In this document: positions 49,063-60,270 of the stretch, piece after piece
Position numbering within the stretch: the stretch's first letter is position 1
Layout: every line of letters starts with the position of its first letter
Assembly: GCA_037305845.1 (NCBI GenBank)
Contig: CP147778.1
Coordinates: 3,104,001-3,168,000 of the forward strand
Reading direction: 5' to 3'
Length of the DNA stretch: 64,000 bases
Source of the DNA: Candidatus Freyarchaeum deiterrae
Lineage (GTDB): Archaea > Asgardarchaeota > Jordiarchaeia > Jordiarchaeales > Jordiarchaeaceae
Made by a program: the position numbers and the translations under genes
The notes under the pieces: generated by a model
The model's database searches: none
The model's input: the letters and a program-made list of their open reading frames with translations, nothing else
Told to the model about the DNA's origin: nothing

Positions 49063-50682
49063 CTATTGTGGGTTTCGTAGGGTTTCCATTTGATTCTTCT
49101 CTCGCTTACCTATGTCAGTCCAGAACCAAATCACCGAGTTCTCATCCCGGGTGTAGCTGAGAAAACCTTCCTCAACCATTTTCTTTATTTCCTCAGCGAC
49201 CCGATCCTTCTTTACAATGGATGAAATAGCCTTGAGGGTGTAAAGCTTTTCTGCGAGAAGCTCTTCTGGGTTCCCTTTTTCTGTGAATCTGCCATATCTT
49301 TCTATGTAATCGTGTTTCAGTATCTGCCAGACGAACCTTCTCGTTCTTTTAAGTTTTATTTCCTCGAAGTCCTTCTTTGTAAACACATCCTCTTTGAGTT
49401 CTTCTCCTCTGTCCATAGCTGCTTCTATCTTGTCCGTAGCATCTTCAAGTGATTTATAAAATGCCTTTGACGCCTCGCTTATGTACCTGGCGCTCGCTCC
49501 CTCCGTTTCTGAAACAGCATGGTTCGCATCGTACTTTAGCCAGTCGTTGTCGAGAATTTTTAACCCGAGCTCCTCCGCTCTTTCCCTGACCTCGGTACCC
49601 GGGTAAGGCGAAAGGATGTGGAAGCCGTACATGTTTCCAAGAGACTTTCCAAGCTCAAAAGACTCCCTAATCGTTTCCTCCGTCTCTCCTGGAAGGCCTA
49701 GTATAAATGATGAGACGGTTGGTATTCCCACCTCATTTGAGAGGGCTACGCCTTTCCTTATTTTGTCCAAGTTTGTTCTTTTTCTTGCCAATTCTAGTAT
49801 TTTTTGGTTTGCGCTTTCAACACCATATAAAATGAAAAAGCATCCAGTTTCTTTCATTCTGGTTAAAAGTTCCTTTGTCGTGGTGTCTACTCTGGAGAAG
49901 GCACTCCACTCGATGTGAAGCCCTCTGTTATCAAGTTCGTCGCAGAACTCGAAAACTCTTTTGTGATTAATTGTTAAAAGGTCGTCCACAATGTTGACTC
50001 TGTGGAAGCCGTATCTGTAAACTATTTCTTCAATCTCGTCAACACATCGTTTTATGTCCCTGAACCTGGGCTTTTTGCCAACCATTTTGCCTCCGACACA
50101 AAAGGTGCAGTTGAAGGGGCATCCTCGTCCAGTCATCATGTCACAGCCGGATTTGAAGGCTTGGTACTTCGACAGGGGGATAAGATGCCAAGCGGGCCAG
50201 GGAATTTCATCCAGATTCTCGATGAGTTTTCTTGGAGGATTCTTTATGATTTCCCCATTCTCCCTGTAGGTTATACCTTCAACATCTTTCAGGTCTCTGC
50301 CTCTTAAAATGTCTGAGAAAGTGTTTTCGCCTTCACCTCGGACCACGATATCCAAGTAGGGTGCTTCCAGCAAGGCTTCCCTGTCGGCAAAGGTGACATG
50401 GGGGCCTCCCATAACCGTGGTAGCCCCGAATTTTTTGCAAACTTCAATACAACGGAGGGCTGTGGGGTAACTTATGGTAACGGGACCTGCGCCTACGATG
50501 TCTGGTTTGAATTCTTTCATCTTGTCAGAAACCTTCTTGAGGGAAAATCTTGAAATGAGAAGGTCGAGAATCTGAACTTCAGCTCCTTCCTTTTCAGCTA
50601 CAGCTGCAATGTAGCAGATTCCTAATGGAACAGTGGGACACTCGGTATACGGGTAAGGAACATTCAGTAGGAGTACTTTCAC
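49063..50682 (-). CDS. B12-binding radical SAM protein, paralog 3
   Basis: RGCPFNCTFC; probable start GTG 50682 with GGTGA SD. Confidence 0.92.
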   Translation of the reverse strand: MKVLLLNVPYPYTECPTVPLGICYIAAVAEKEGAEVQILDLLISRFSLKKVSDKMKEFKPDIVGAGPVTISYPTALRCIEVCKKFGATTVMGGPHVTFADREALLEAPYLDIVVRGEGENTFSDILRGRDLKDVEGITYRENGEIIKNPPRKLIENLDEIPWPAWHLIPLSKYQAFKSGCDMMTGRGCPFNCTFCVGGKMVGKKPRFRDIKRCVDEIEEIVYRYGFHRVNIVDDLLTINHKRVFEFCDELDNRGLHIEWSAFSRVDTTTKELLTRMKETGCFFILYGVESANQKILELARKRTNLDKIRKGVALSNEVGIPTVSSFILGLPGETEETIRESFELGKSLGNMYGFHILSPYPGTEVRERAEELGLKILDNDWLKYDANHAVSETEGASARYISEASKAFYKSLEDATDKIEAAMDRGEELKEDVFTKKDFEEIKLKRTRRFVWQILKHDYIERYGRFTEKGNPEELLAEKLYTLKAISSIVKKDRVAEEIKKMVEEGFLSYTRDENSVIWFWTDIGKREKNQMETLRNPQ

Positions 50683-50810
50683 ACAATCACCATCAAAACA
50701 GTTCAAACAAGACTGAGATAAGAAACAGCTCCACGCTAATATAACTATAACGTGTAATCTGAAGAAAGATAAACTTTCCTATCGAACCGTTTCTAGAAAT
50801 GTGTATATTT

Positions 50811-51989
50811 TTATACAGCGTTTCCATTCGGAGCGTTGGCCGGCTCAGTCCAACCCGCTCTGGCGACATCAGGCTTGTCACCAGCGTACAGGTATTCCTT
50901 CTTCAGCGTCGGCCAAGAGGCGTCCGCACTCACGGTAAACGGGAAGCCGCACAGACGCAGACCCCCACGGAGAATCGCCAGACTGGCGAGCCTGTCCCGG
51001 TGGTAGTCCACGCCACAGGTTTCGCATCTGCTTATCCCCCACGCTGGGTGCTCAAGGTTTCCACCGCAGACGGGACATCGGGAGGAAGTCCCCCGTGGGT
51101 TCACGTAAAGAGTCCGGTGAGAAGACTTGTAATCCACCAGCCGCTGATACAAGCGGTAGGGCCAGCGATTAAGCTGGGTTCGAAACTTCTTGCTCTTGTT
51201 AGCCTCTCTTCGCCCGTTGTTCCTGATGCCTGTGAGGTTTTCGAAAATGAAGATGGTGTCCTGGTTTTCGCGCACTGTTTTTGTGGTCAGCTTGTGAAGC
51301 GCGTCTACCACGCGGTGTCGCTGCCGATTTCTGGTTTCCTTGAGTTTTCGCGCTCGTTTCTGGGGATTCGGGATGTGGCTTTGCAGTCGGCGTCTTCTCC
51401 GCGAAAAATCGTTTTGGATCCGGGTGATTCTGCGCAGCGGCTCTGTGGATGCTGCTTCAAGATGAACGGTGCCTTGGGAGTCTTTTACGGCAGCTGTGGA
51501 GTCTATGGTGGAGAAGTTGAGGTCGGAAGCCGCAAACCGGGTGCTGAGGGGCTTGTTTCCGGAGCCGATTATAAAGGTGAGGCAGACTTTCCGCTCGGTG
51601 AGCAGTACCTCGGAGACTCGTCCGTGATCATAGTCTTTGTATTTTTTGTGGTTGGTGTTTATGGGTATCCAGACGTAGCTGAAGGGCTGCAGGGTGATGC
51701 GGAGCTGACCTTCGACCAGTTTGAAGAGTTCCGCGTCGATGCGTGCGGCTAACTTTTTCACTGCGGGGATGCGGAGCTGTCCTTCGTGGTGGTTTTTGCG
51801 GTACGATTTGAGCAGAGCTACCGCCGATTTGCAGACCGGGTTTATGTGGTGGCGGGCGTACGGGTAACGTGAATAGAACCAGTCTTTGATCATGCGCCGC
51901 AGTTCTATGGGGTGGGGTATTTTGTGTTGTTTGTTTCGGGTTGCTATTAGGTATGCGGCCTGTAACGCGTAGCGCAACGCTTCCTGCAT
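50811..51989 (-). mobile_element. tnpB: TnpB RNA-guided endonuclease (IS200/IS605 or IS607 family), apparently 5'-truncated
   Basis: RuvC SDLN, FENL, HRD; Zn finger CPVC/CETC; VNPRGTSS; GC-richer than flanks; in-frame TAA two codons before the ATG. Confidence 0.9.
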
Positions 51990-52086
51990 ATCCTTTTACC
52001 TTTCAAGTCAATGAATGGTTTTATTATAGAATTGACTCGAATAATCTGGATAAGACTTAAGTACTGCGTTTAAAGGTTGTAGAAAT

Positions 52087-53685
52087 ATGTCAGCCAGAAC
52101 TCTCCTCATAAATACACCGTATCCTTTCTCCGAGTGCCCTACAATTCCACTAGGGCTTAATTATCTAGCCGCAGTTCTTGAGGATAGAGAATTCGAAGTG
52201 GACATACTGGATATGGTGGTCTACAAGTTTTCCAGAGAAAAGATTATCGACAAAATTAGGGAGTATAAGCCGGACATCGTGGGAGCCGGTTCAGTTACCA
52301 TGAATTATCCTCATGCTAAAAGTATACTCCAAATCGCAAAGGGAGAGGGAGCTACAACAATTATTGGTGGTCCACACGCCACATTTGCGGATAAACTGGT
52401 TCTAACTGAAGCTCCGTGGATAGATATCATAGTGAGGAGAGAGGCGGAATACACACTTCTAGACATTGTTAAGGGTAGGGAGCTCAAGGATATTAGGGGT
52501 ATAACCTATAGAGAGGACGGGGAGATAATTAGAAATTCCGATAGAGAATTGTTAATGAATTTGGATGAGCTGCCTTTTCCAGCCAGACATCTGGTTCCCT
52601 TATCCAAATACCTTGCCTATAAAACCGGTTGCAGCATGGTTACGGGCAGGGGGTGCCCCAACAGGTGTATTTTCTGTGTAGGCCCCAAAATGACTAGTAC
52701 CAAGATGAGGTTCCGCGACCCTAAACTTTGCGTGGATGAGATGGAAGAGGTTCTGGATTATGGTTTCGAGGAAATAATTGTAGAAGATGACACTTTCACC
52801 GTCAATAAGAAACACGTTTTCGCAATCTGCGACGAGATTATGAGCCGAGGACTAAAGTTCAAGTGGAGTGCCAATGCACGAGTCAACACCGTGACCAAAG
52901 AGATAATTGAGAAAATGTACGAAGCGGGATGCATATTCATACAATACGGTGTAGAGAGCGGAAACCCTGAGATTCTGAAAACTTGCAAAAAGGGAATAAC
53001 CCTAGATCAGGTGCGCGAAGCGGTGAAAATCGCGAAAGAGGTGGGCATAGGAGTTCTATGCTCCTTCATAATAGGATTACCGGGAGAAACCAAAGAAACC
53101 ATAAAGGAAACAATGGACTTCGCGCAGAGTCTGGGAACCTACTACGGTTACCATGTCCTCGCACCATTCCCGGGAACAGAGGTCAGAGAACGGGCAGACG
53201 AATTGGGAATAAAAATCCTCACGGACAACTGGATGAGATACGATGCCAACAGATCGGTAACTGAAACAGGGGGAGCCTCAGCAGAGTACGTGAACAAAAT
53301 CGTAAGGGACTTTTACAAGGGTGTAACGGAATACGTGAAAAACCAGGTTAAAGCAGAAAAGGCTGGAAAAGCAAGCGAAGCAGACCTGAAAGACGTAGCA
53401 ATCAGGAGAAGACGAGCCCTAGCCTGGCACCTCCTAAAGAACGACCTGATAGAGAACTATGGCAAATTCAAGGACTCGGGAAAAACCCCCATACAAAAAC
53501 TTGCGGACAACCTCTACACTTTTAGGGGAATAGAAAACAATTTCACTAAAGAATACATTCAGAGCGAGATCAGCGAAATGGTTAAGCAAAACTTGCTTAC
53601 TAACACGAATAGTAAAGGGGAAATTATATGGGAATGGAAAATGCCGGAAAAGCCCGGAAGATTAAGCGTTGTCAAAAAAGTGTAA
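52087..53685 (+). CDS. B12-binding radical SAM protein, paralog 4
   Basis: RGCPNRCIFC; shares C-terminal RRxLAWxLLKND with paralog 1. Confidence 0.92.
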   Translation: MSARTLLINTPYPFSECPTIPLGLNYLAAVLEDREFEVDILDMVVYKFSREKIIDKIREYKPDIVGAGSVTMNYPHAKSILQIAKGEGATTIIGGPHATFADKLVLTEAPWIDIIVRREAEYTLLDIVKGRELKDIRGITYREDGEIIRNSDRELLMNLDELPFPARHLVPLSKYLAYKTGCSMVTGRGCPNRCIFCVGPKMTSTKMRFRDPKLCVDEMEEVLDYGFEEIIVEDDTFTVNKKHVFAICDEIMSRGLKFKWSANARVNTVTKEIIEKMYEAGCIFIQYGVESGNPEILKTCKKGITLDQVREAVKIAKEVGIGVLCSFIIGLPGETKETIKETMDFAQSLGTYYGYHVLAPFPGTEVRERADELGIKILTDNWMRYDANRSVTETGGASAEYVNKIVRDFYKGVTEYVKNQVKAEKAGKASEADLKDVAIRRRRALAWHLLKNDLIENYGKFKDSGKTPIQKLADNLYTFRGIENNFTKEYIQSEISEMVKQNLLTNTNSKGEIIWEWKMPEKPGRLSVVKKV

Positions 53686-53816
53686 TCACCTTCTAAATAA
53701 TTAATTCTTTTTTTTATTAAACTAGGACAAAGAATTCGAAAAGTTCTTATTTACAAAATAAAGTAGAGTATAATAAAATGTATTAAAACACTCTTTTTTG
53801 AGAAAGGGGAAGGAAA

Positions 53817-54476
53817 ATGCAAGATAACGGGCTGCTTCATGTTATAAATCAACTGTCAGGCAAAAAGGCAAAGATTCGTGAAAGAGCATGCGAAACTCTC
53901 GGAAGATACGCTGAAGGGGAAATAGTTGATGATAGGGCGCTTGCGCCACTAATGGTACTTCTAGATGATGAGAACCGTAGAGTTAGGAGAACAGCGGCAT
54001 ACGCACTAGGAAGATACGCGGAACAAGGATTATTCCGAAAAGAAACTCTAGACAAATTGATCACACTAATGTATGACAAAAAGGTAGATGTTCGCCAAAA
54101 CGCCACTTTCGCCCTATTGATGTACTCCTACCAAAACTTAATGGATGATAAAGCCCTCAAACCCTTAATAAAAATGTTGAAAGAATCAGATTACCTAGCC
54201 AGCGGAGAAGCCGCCTACACACTAGCCACATACGCGGAAAGAGGACTAATAGACGAAACAGCAATTAAACCCCTAATTAAACTCCTTGAATCCAGCGACA
54301 AACTCGCCAGAGCAAACGCAGCCTACGCCATCTCAAAATACGCCGAGAAAGGAATAATAAACCAAAAAGCAGTAAAAGTTCTCACCAAGCTTTTGGAAGA
54401 CAAAGAATACAAAGTACGCGAAAACGCCACAATGGCACTCAACGAATACTCGAAACACGGAATCTCCGCCAAATGA
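53817..54476 (+). CDS. HEAT-repeat protein
   Basis: About 5 repeats of L..L..LL.D....VR..A..AL..YA..G. Confidence 0.9.
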   Translation: MQDNGLLHVINQLSGKKAKIRERACETLGRYAEGEIVDDRALAPLMVLLDDENRRVRRTAAYALGRYAEQGLFRKETLDKLITLMYDKKVDVRQNATFALLMYSYQNLMDDKALKPLIKMLKESDYLASGEAAYTLATYAERGLIDETAIKPLIKLLESSDKLARANAAYAISKYAEKGIINQKAVKVLTKLLEDKEYKVRENATMALNEYSKHGISAK

Positions 54477-54661
54477 AAGCAAACTAATTTAAGTGGCTAC
54501 TTTTTTGAGATGTGCACTTGAAAAATAGAAAAAAGTTGACTAATTATTGGTAACTTATTTTAAATTAACACGAAAATATTATTCTCATAAAATAAAAAGG
54601 AAAACCTTATAATTAGGAAAAATTAAAAACCAAAATAAAAACTATTGAGGAGGAAGAGAGA

Positions 54662-57196
54662 CTGCTAAGGAAAAAAATCCTAGGAGGCACTATAGCCGCC
54701 CTTTTTGTCACTCTTCTACTAGTTACGGGATACGGCTTAGCAACAAGTGGAGTTAATAATCATACTGGTATCCTTGCTTTTCCGACGAATTCCAATCAGG
54801 GGATACAAATCAAGTCTGGTGGAGAAACTGTAACCATCACCAGAGACATATACGGTATTCCCCACATTAACGCGAGTACTCAGCAGGGGGCATTCTTCGG
54901 CCACGGTTACGCTCAGGCTGAGGACGGAATAGAACTACTAATGCTAAACCTTCTCACAGCCACAGGAACCCTATCCAAAACATTTGGACCCTACGCATAC
55001 AATAACACTTTGGAACCGGGGTACCAGTTTGGAGCCCAAACCCTACAAAACGGACTGTTTGATGGGTTGATAAGGGAGTTTAAGATACCTGTGAGCGACT
55101 CGGATTACCTGAAGATAAATGAAACGATGAGAGGAGTAATGATTGAACCGTTCGCCGCCGGCATTAACTACTACCTCTACACACACTGGGATACGCTACC
55201 CTCATGGATAAAAGAAAACACACCAGTTAAAGCAACAGACATAGCATCAATAGGAGCGCTTGTAAGCTTGGCATTCTCAAGTCAAGTACTTAGCGATTGG
55301 ATGACCGCAGATACCCAAATTAAACAAATGGGAGTCACTCAATACCTCGACACATACCAGAATCAGAGTGGTCCCCATACGCTCTCCGCGGAAACTCTTG
55401 GCGTTTCAAATATGGGCAGTAACGAGTGGACAGTTAACAATACTCTTTCTGCCACGGGATTTCCCATGATAGGTACTAATCCTCACCTAGACTGGGATGG
55501 ACTCACACAATGGCACATGGCACACCTAATGGCTCCTGCTCAAGGTACACTGCCTCCACTAAACATTTACGGCGTTATATTCTATGGACTGCCCTTCATA
55601 GGAATAGGGCACAATGATTACATTTCTTGGATGTCCACGGTAAACCAGCCAGACCTCGGTGACATATGGATAGAGCAGCTTAGCACGGACAACACCATGT
55701 ACAAATACCAGGGAATGTGGCTTCCTTTAATCCAAGAAACCGTGAATTTACCTGTAAAAGTTCCTGGCATCGGTATAATAGTTAATATACCGATAACGGC
55801 TTACTACACCCGCCATGGGCCCCTATTGACTTTTAACACTACAGATCATTGGGCGTTAGCGGTAAACTATTCTTCGAACCAGAACTCTATCGGTTTTCGA
55901 CAGTTTTACTTAATGGATACTGCGCAAAACGTTACCCAGTTTAAGAACGCTTTATCATTGCTAGGAGTGCCGATGTTCAACTACATGGTAGCAACAGTAT
56001 ACAATGAAACCTTCTATGTCTGGAATGCAATCTGCCCGGTGCGAAACGATATATACGATTGGACCCACGCTGTACCCGGATGGGAGAGCAGCACAGACTG
56101 GGGCGGCCCTATACCGTTCGTAAGTTTGCCACAGCAAAAGGATCCAGCGCAAGGGTGGATGCAAAACTGCAATATTCCATGCTGGAATATCACCACACAG
56201 CCAAACGCCATAACCACAGCTAACTCCACAATTCCATTCCCGAGGTATCTAGTAGACTGGTACAATTACACTTCAGGTACATATGTAGGAATGAGTAACC
56301 ACACCAGAGGATATAACCTGTTCCAAATACTAAACGAAGCCACATCAGTCAACTTCACTGATATGCTGGGTATTATCGGTAACGCTTCGGTTCCTTACCT
56401 GGCAGCTGATTACATAAATATGCTGCCTGCCAATGTTCCCGGTGTCGGAAATGAGACCCTGAATAATACGGTAGTTCTTCTGAAAAACTGGGATAGACAT
56501 GCTACTAATCAAACAGCTATGACGGTATTCGAACTCTGGGTTGATCAATTTACTACAGGAGTCCCTATCTCACAAGATAATGCGCTCACTACTTTAAACA
56601 ATACTGTGAACTTCATGGTGTCAAAGTATAATAGTTCTACTGGTGTCTATTGGGGCAATGTGCATATTGTGGTTAGAGGTAATCATACAGTGGGCTTAAA
56701 CGGGACTGTCGGTGAACCCTATGGTTGCCTGAATCCTCATTACGGCCGATTTGATAGCACTACTGGAAATTGGTACTGCTACGGTGGCTCATCTTTCATG
56801 ATGGTCACGAACCTACAACTCAACAACGTTACCTCTTGGAGCTGCTTGCCCTACGGAGATAGCAATAATCCTAATTCCCCACACTTCGCCGACATGCTGA
56901 TTAACTACTATAGTAAGGATATACTTCACCCCGACTTTTTCATTGCCAATGACATCCAAAACACGAGCAACCAAGACCCAACACAGGGCAATTATACTAT
57001 CCCAGTACACACTCTCGGAGAAACTATCAGCATGATCAATCAGCTGCTTTTGTTGCAATTAATTCCAAGTCTCCTTGTATTCGCACAGATATATTTCGCT
57101 CAGCAGGCTACCACACATCTGATAGTACTTGGAACTGGGGCTATTATTTTAGTAGCAGTAGTAGCGGTTGCAGTAATTGCCTCTAGAAGACCATAA
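54662..57196 (+). CDS. Secreted, membrane-anchored penicillin-acylase-family Ntn hydrolase (probable CTG start)
   Basis: Frame stays open upstream of ATG 54941 through RDIYGIPHI and GYAQAED and a signal peptide; GSNEW nucleophile, NPHL, TRHGP; C-terminal TM + RRP. Confidence 0.88.
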   Translation: MLRKKILGGTIAALFVTLLLVTGYGLATSGVNNHTGILAFPTNSNQGIQIKSGGETVTITRDIYGIPHINASTQQGAFFGHGYAQAEDGIELLMLNLLTATGTLSKTFGPYAYNNTLEPGYQFGAQTLQNGLFDGLIREFKIPVSDSDYLKINETMRGVMIEPFAAGINYYLYTHWDTLPSWIKENTPVKATDIASIGALVSLAFSSQVLSDWMTADTQIKQMGVTQYLDTYQNQSGPHTLSAETLGVSNMGSNEWTVNNTLSATGFPMIGTNPHLDWDGLTQWHMAHLMAPAQGTLPPLNIYGVIFYGLPFIGIGHNDYISWMSTVNQPDLGDIWIEQLSTDNTMYKYQGMWLPLIQETVNLPVKVPGIGIIVNIPITAYYTRHGPLLTFNTTDHWALAVNYSSNQNSIGFRQFYLMDTAQNVTQFKNALSLLGVPMFNYMVATVYNETFYVWNAICPVRNDIYDWTHAVPGWESSTDWGGPIPFVSLPQQKDPAQGWMQNCNIPCWNITTQPNAITTANSTIPFPRYLVDWYNYTSGTYVGMSNHTRGYNLFQILNEATSVNFTDMLGIIGNASVPYLAADYINMLPANVPGVGNETLNNTVVLLKNWDRHATNQTAMTVFELWVDQFTTGVPISQDNALTTLNNTVNFMVSKYNSSTGVYWGNVHIVVRGNHTVGLNGTVGEPYGCLNPHYGRFDSTTGNWYCYGGSSFMMVTNLQLNNVTSWSCLPYGDSNNPNSPHFADMLINYYSKDILHPDFFIANDIQNTSNQDPTQGNYTIPVHTLGETISMINQLLLLQLIPSLLVFAQIYFAQQATTHLIVLGTGAIILVAVVAVAVIASRRP

Positions 57197-57728
57197 TATC
57201 CAAGAAAAAATACTGAATTAATTCCTCGAAAAGAGAAGGTTAAGCAAACCTTCCCCCATTTTTTAATATTTGACCAATTATTATTCCGCTTTTTAAAGTG
57301 TGATTGTCTTTGTATCTGAGGTCAATAATAAGATAATTTTTGAGTTGACAAAGTTAATTCCTTTAGGAGTATACTCTCCTTAGAATTAATCATATCCCCT
57401 GATTATTTGAAACTGCTATTAAAAACATTAGGGCAAATAGTATCAATGCTTTTCCTTTTTTGTTTTCCCTCCTTCCCCCCTTGCATTCCCCCCTTTCTCC
57501 CTTTGGGGTGGGGCTGGGTTGGTGTTTTTTCTCTTTTTGGGGTTCGTTTTTTGAGGGCGGTCTCTTTAATAATGGTTGTTTTTTGTGGTGGGACTCTGAA
57601 ATTTCTACTTTAGTGGATAGTTGGTACTTTTTTACATTTTGATATGTATCATATTATCACAATTTCTGGGACTTTTAAAACTAGATTTGTGTGGGTAGTT
57701 CTGTTGGAATGGGGTTGGGGTAATTGGT

Positions 57729-58565
57729 TTATGTGGTTTGGTCTGTTCTTATTTTTGAAGGGGGTTGTGTCAGTTCTGGTTTTTTCTCGGTGGCTTTGCT
57801 TATGGCGTCTTGTACTGCTCCTCTGATGGTGTATCCTGCCACGTGGAGTATTGTGTCTCCTAGTGTTTTGTCTACTTGCATGCTGGCTGTGCAGGGGTAG
57901 GAGTGGTGGGCTTCTGAGATTCTTTCGTTTAAACCGTTCATTATGTTTCTCTTTTCTATCTGCCTCATAACGTACCAGGTACTTCCGCATGGTGCGCTTC
58001 TAATGACCTTTGTTTTGGTGATAATGTCATCGTTTACTGTGACTTCAACTATGGGCTTGCCGACTTTGTATCTTTTTATGAATTCATCTATGATGGTGTT
58101 ATGTCCACTTTCTTCAAGGGTGCAGAAGGGTTTGGGAAAGGCGTGTGCTACGCCCATACTGTTCAGTTCTTCTTCAACCTGTTTCTGTAAACCGGTAGGG
58201 CACCATTCGGCTTCTTCTAGAGGCACTATTACGCCCTTGGCTTGTGTTTTTTCAACTAAAATGGGTATGCTTGCTAGTAGGTCTTGGTGGAGGCCTACCG
58301 CGATTATTATTTCACATTTGGGGGGATTTTTTGGAAAGTATTTTTCGGTTTCTTCTATGAAGGTTGGTAAATTTGCGGGTATTCGGTCTGCTCCAACTAT
58401 ATCACTGGAAAAAGAGCCGTATTCCAATCGGCAGTTTCCGCATGTTTCTCCGCAGGAGGTGCAGAAAGTTGAAAAATTCATGAGGTTTCCTACAACCCGT
58501 TCCCCGAAATCGTCACCATAAATAACGTATATGTGCATAGTCATCCTGCTACCATCAACCTTCAT
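57729..58565 (-). CDS. DUF166 family protein
   Basis: HQDL, FPKPFC.L, G.P.VEV, V.RSAPCGSTW, HHSYPCTASM. Confidence 0.8.
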   Translation of the reverse strand: MKVDGSRMTMHIYVIYGDDFGERVVGNLMNFSTFCTSCGETCGNCRLEYGSFSSDIVGADRIPANLPTFIEETEKYFPKNPPKCEIIIAVGLHQDLLASIPILVEKTQAKGVIVPLEEAEWCPTGLQKQVEEELNSMGVAHAFPKPFCTLEESGHNTIIDEFIKRYKVGKPIVEVTVNDDIITKTKVIRSAPCGSTWYVMRQIEKRNIMNGLNERISEAHHSYPCTASMQVDKTLGDTILHVAGYTIRGAVQDAISKATEKKPELTQPPSKIRTDQTT

Positions 58566-58678
58566 TTTTGATGCAAATCTCTGTGATTACATTGGTCAAA
58601 ATGCCTATATACCTAGAATAAAACCTGGATTTTTACGAGTTTCAGTATTTTATCCGGATTATAAAAAGAAGAATGAGC

Positions 58679-59314
58679 TTAATCGGAGAGGGGTGTTTGT
58701 TGAGTTACTTTTTTTAGGAAAAATTCGTGGAATCTCGTGTCGTCTGTTAGCTCAGGGTGGAATGATGTTGCTAGTATGTTCTGTTGCTGGACGGCTACAA
58801 TTCTTTCGTCAAGGCGGCAGAGGGTTTTAACCTTGTCTCCGAGTCTATGGACTACTGGGGCTCGGATGAATACTCCTCTGAACTTTTTTTCACCCAGTAA
58901 TGGAATATCTAAATCGTTCTCGAAGGATTCACTCTGATGTCCGAAGGCATTTCTCTCCACGGTTATGTCCACGAGTTTCAGGGTGGATTGATCTGTTTTG
59001 CCTACTACCCGGTCGTAAACATCTTTGGCTAACAGTATCATTCCGGAACAGGTTCCGAGTATTGGTTTACCATCGTTGGCGAATTTTTTGATAGCGTCTA
59101 AAAGTCCACTGGTTTCCAGTATTCTTCCTATGACGGTGCTTTCTCCTCCCGGAATTATCAGCCCCTGAATTTCCTCCAGCTGTTTGGGCTTCTTGACCCA
59201 TAGTACCTCGCCGTTCATGTTCAAAGATTTGAAGGCTAGTTTGGTCATTGAGACGTGTTCTTCTATGGCACCCTGAACGGCTAGTACTCCTATTGTCACC
59301 TGTGAGTTGCTCAA
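58679..59314 (-). CDS. pdxT: PLP synthase glutaminase subunit
   Basis: GVLAVQG...EH, IPGGEST, GTCSG, RNAFG.Q.ESF, FIRAP, FHPEL. Confidence 0.95.
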   Translation of the reverse strand: MSNSQVTIGVLAVQGAIEEHVSMTKLAFKSLNMNGEVLWVKKPKQLEEIQGLIIPGGESTVIGRILETSGLLDAIKKFANDGKPILGTCSGMILLAKDVYDRVVGKTDQSTLKLVDITVERNAFGHQSESFENDLDIPLLGEKKFRGVFIRAPVVHRLGDKVKTLCRLDERIVAVQQQNILATSFHPELTDDTRFHEFFLKKVTQQTPLSD

Positions 59315-60270
59315 CTATCTGCGCCTCTTTCCTGCATTTTTAACTCTAGATTTTTGACGTCGAATCCGTTCATGGCTTTTCTTTCGTCTATCATTTTTTG
59401 TGCTTCTGCTACTATCTCAGGGTCGTCCCAGTAGGTGCATGCAAGAACGATGGCTTTCGCCCTTTCAAGGGGGTCTTCGGATTTGAAGATTCCCGAACCC
59501 ACGAATATTCCATCACACCCAAGGGACATCATGAGAGCCGCATCCGCAGCTGTTGCTATGCCTCCGGCGGCAAAGTTTACTACGGGAAGTCTTCCCAGCC
59601 GAGCAGTTTCCACTACTAGATCAAAGGAGGACTTGAGTTCCCGGGCTAGTTTGATTAGTTCCTGATAGTCCTCGTTCTCCAGTAATATTTTTGCGTGCCT
59701 TATCTCACTGTTCACCATCCTCATATGTTTCACCGCTTCCGAAACGTTTCCGGTTCCGGCTTCTCCCTTGGTCCTTATCATGGAGGAACCTTCCTCGATT
59801 CTTCTGAGAGCACCTCCCAGATCTTTTGTACCGTTGACGAATGGTACAGTGAAATCCCATTTCCACACATGTCGCTCCTCATCGGCTGGAGTGAGAACCT
59901 CGGATTCGTCGATAGCGTCTACTCCGATGACTTCCAGTATTTTAGCCTCGTAGGTGTGTCCTATGCGGCACTTAGCCATCACGGGTATTGTGATGTGGTC
60001 CATCACTTCTTCTATGACTTTTACACTGGCTGTGCGTGCTACACCTCCGGCCTTCCGAACATCGTATGGGAGTTTGTCTAGAGCCATTACGGCTACGGCA
60101 CCCGCTTCCTCAGCGGTCTGTGCTTGCTCCACATTGGTTACATCCATTATGACTCCGTGTTTCTGCATGTTCATGAAGCCGCGTTTCACCTTTACTGTTC
60201 CCTTCATCCATCCTAAATCTGATTTTTTAATGCTCCCTTCTTCTAATTTTTTTGCTTCTAAGGAGGTCAT
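59311..60270 (-). CDS. pdxS: PLP synthase lyase subunit
   Basis: [49 protein letters not shown]. Confidence 0.96.
   Translation of the reverse strand: MTSLEAKKLEEGSIKKSDLGWMKGTVKVKRGFMNMQKHGVIMDVTNVEQAQTAEEAGAVAVMALDKLPYDVRKAGGVARTASVKVIEEVMDHITIPVMAKCRIGHTYEAKILEVIGVDAIDESEVLTPADEERHVWKWDFTVPFVNGTKDLGGALRRIEEGSSMIRTKGEAGTGNVSEAVKHMRMVNSEIRHAKILLENEDYQELIKLARELKSSFDLVVETARLGRLPVVNFAAGGIATAADAALMMSLGCDGIFVGSGIFKSEDPLERAKAIVLACTYWDDPEIVAEAQKMIDERKAMNGFDVKNLELKMQERGADS

Noticed and set aside
50799-51752. 317 aa ORF antisense to tnpB
   Set aside because: Shadow ORF in GC-rich DNA with no recognisable motifs.
57407-57990. Several short hydrophobic or basic ORFs and G/T-rich low-complexity sequence
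   Set aside because: Compositional artefacts, or antisense/alternate frames of the DUF166 gene; no periodic repeat found.
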